From contig CAVUDW010000003.1 of assembly GCA_963740355.1 (NCBI GenBank), positions 640,001-704,000 on the forward strand: 64,000 nt of DNA, in the 5' to 3' direction. Shown here piece after piece: positions 62,441 to 64,000 of the stretch (position 1 is its first letter; each line of letters begins with the position of its first letter). The notes beneath the pieces were generated by a model. The model did no database searches, was not told the DNA's origin, and worked only from the letters and a program-made list of their open reading frames with translations. Position numbers and translations under genes: made by a program. This DNA is from an uncultured Gemmatimonadaceae bacterium. GTDB lineage: Bacteria; Gemmatimonadota; Gemmatimonadetes; Gemmatimonadales; Gemmatimonadaceae.

Positions 62441-64000
62441 AGCGGTTGCTGATCGTTGGTACCCTGCCCTGCCTGCTCGTGTTGGCAGCCTGCGGGAAGG
62501 ACACGAAGGCGAAGAAGGCCGCCGCGCCGACCGATCTGCTCACGATCGGCTACGACCGCGAGCCCGATACCATGAACCGGTACGCGACGCACATTCTCGA
62601 GGACATCGAATCGTGCGTGGTGGAGGGCCTGGTCACCAACGATGAAAAGATGAACATCGTGCCGGTGCTGGCGCTCGAGGTGCCGACGATCGAGAATGGC
62701 GGCGTGAAGCTCCTGCCGAGTGGCGGCATGGATGTGACCTGGAAGCTGCGGCCGGGCGTGAAGTGGCACGACGGCCGTTCCCACACGTCGGCCGACGTGA
62801 AGTTCACCGTCGATGCGATCAACAAGGGCGACTGGAAGCCGGAGAGCGTCGATGGATTCGATCGCATCTCGTCGGTGGATACGCCGGATTCGCTGACGGC
62901 AGTGGTGCACTACCGCGAAGTCTACGCGCCATACCGGATGCAGTTCGCACGCGGCACGCTGCCGAAGCACGTGCTGGACGGCAAGAGCATCGACGCCGCC
63001 ACCAGCTACAACCGCAATCCGCTCGGCACGGGCCCGTATCACATCGTGGAGTGGAAGACCGGCGAGTACGTGCTGCTCGAAGCGGTGCCGAACTACTGGC
63101 GCGGCGCGGAGTTTCCGAAGATCAAGCGGCTGCTGTTCAAGTTCCTGCCCAACACCACCACACGCATCAACCAGCTGAAGTCGGGTGAAGTGCAGATGGT
63201 AGCGCTGGTGCCGTGGGACAAGGTGCGCGAACTGCGGGGCATGGCCCAGATCCACCTCAACACGGTGGTGGGCAACGGCTACGAGCACGTGTCGCTGAAC
63301 GAGAAGCACTTCGCGCCATTCGCCGACGTGACCGTGCGCCGCGCGATGGCGCATGCGATCAACCGTGAGCTGATCGTGACCACGCTGCTGGACGGACTGG
63401 TGCAGGTGGTGAACGGGCCGATCCAGCCGTTGTCGAGTGCGTATGAGCCGAACGTGGCGAAGTATCCGTACGATCCGGCCCGTGCCCGCACCATGCTGGA
63501 CTCGATCGGCTGGAAGGTCGGCGCGGACGGCATCCGCGTGAAGGATGGCAAGCGCCTCTCCTTCACCATGATCACGCAGTCGGGCTTTGCCATCCGTGAG
63601 AACGTCTCGCAGGCGCTGCAGAAGCAATTCCGTGATGTGGGCATCGAGGCGAGTGTGCGACTGATCGATGGCACGTCGATCAGCAGCGTCTGGTTCAAGG
63701 GTGACTTCGACGCCATGCTGCACTGGTGGCAGTCGGGCGTCGATCCGGAGATCACGCTTTTCTTCGCCTCGGATCGCATGCCGCCGGCGGGGCGGAACGT
63801 GAACTACTTCAAGGACGATTCGCTCGACGTCATGCTCTACGCGTCCGATCGCGAAGCCGATGAAGCGAAGCGGACCGCGCTGCTGAAGGCGGCCCAACGT
63901 CGCGTGGCCTCACTGGTGCCGGAGCTGGTGCTCTACAACACCTCGAAGGTGGATGCGATTCCGGCCAACATGACGGGCTTCACCGGCAACCCGACCAATG
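62437..64000 (+). CDS. Peptide ABC transporter substrate-binding lipoprotein (family 5), 3' truncated; not in ORF track
   Basis: Hand translation MKRLLIVGTLPCLLVLAAC (lipobox), LRPGVKWHDG...ADVKFT, PLGTGPY, VRRAMAHAINR. GTGA overlap with the DUF885 gene. Confidence 0.9.
   Translation, partial: MKRLLIVGTLPCLLVLAACGKDTKAKKAAAPTDLLTIGYDREPDTMNRYATHILEDIESCVVEGLVTNDEKMNIVPVLALEVPTIENGGVKLLPSGGMDVTWKLRPGVKWHDGRSHTSADVKFTVDAINKGDWKPESVDGFDRISSVDTPDSLTAVVHYREVYAPYRMQFARGTLPKHVLDGKSIDAATSYNRNPLGTGPYHIVEWKTGEYVLLEAVPNYWRGAEFPKIKRLLFKFLPNTTTRINQLKSGEVQMVALVPWDKVRELRGMAQIHLNTVVGNGYEHVSLNEKHFAPFADVTVRRAMAHAINRELIVTTLLDGLVQVVNGPIQPLSSAYEPNVAKYPYDPARARTMLDSIGWKVGADGIRVKDGKRLSFTMITQSGFAIRENVSQALQKQFRDVGIEASVRLIDGTSISSVWFKGDFDAMLHWWQSGVDPEITLFFASDRMPPAGRNVNYFKDDSLDVMLYASDREADEAKRTALLKAAQRRVASLVPELVLYNTSKVDAIPANMTGFTGNPTN

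Noticed and set aside
62185..63897. 570-aa minus-strand ORF
   Set aside because: Antisense to the peptide-binding lipoprotein on the plus strand, which the track omits because it has no stop in the window.

Overview
This is a GC-rich bacterial chromosomal window. Gene content (DUF885 proteins, Ig-like and beta-propeller lipoproteins, a Tad locus) suggests Gemmatimonadota, which is inference only. It contains: (i) a near-complete Tad/Flp type IVc pilus locus (8.9-18.7 kb, minus strand) with two tandem flp pilins, one absent from the ORF track; (ii) seven polytopic membrane proteins with GT-C-like features in four sequence families, plus two polyprenol-phosphate GT2 enzymes, a GT4, methyltransferases and a wecE/wecD-like pair, which together look like a dispersed lipid-linked glycosylation system possibly acting on the pilus; (iii) an intact ~1.15 kb IS110 (IS621-like) element whose CT cores, circle-junction promoter and bridge-RNA guide segments can be read from the sequence, inserted in a nested REP-like palindrome that has a relative at 4.45-4.6 kb; (iv) an ECF sigma/zinc anti-sigma/propeller-lipoprotein operon with a candidate autoregulatory promoter; (v) an iorAB-xdhC-mocA molybdoenzyme operon, a DUF885-Gfo/Idh/MocA-DUF885-peptide ABC operon, two hybrid kinases and assorted metabolic genes. 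I saw no rRNA, tRNA or CRISPR array. Product calls come from motif recognition by eye, not database searches.
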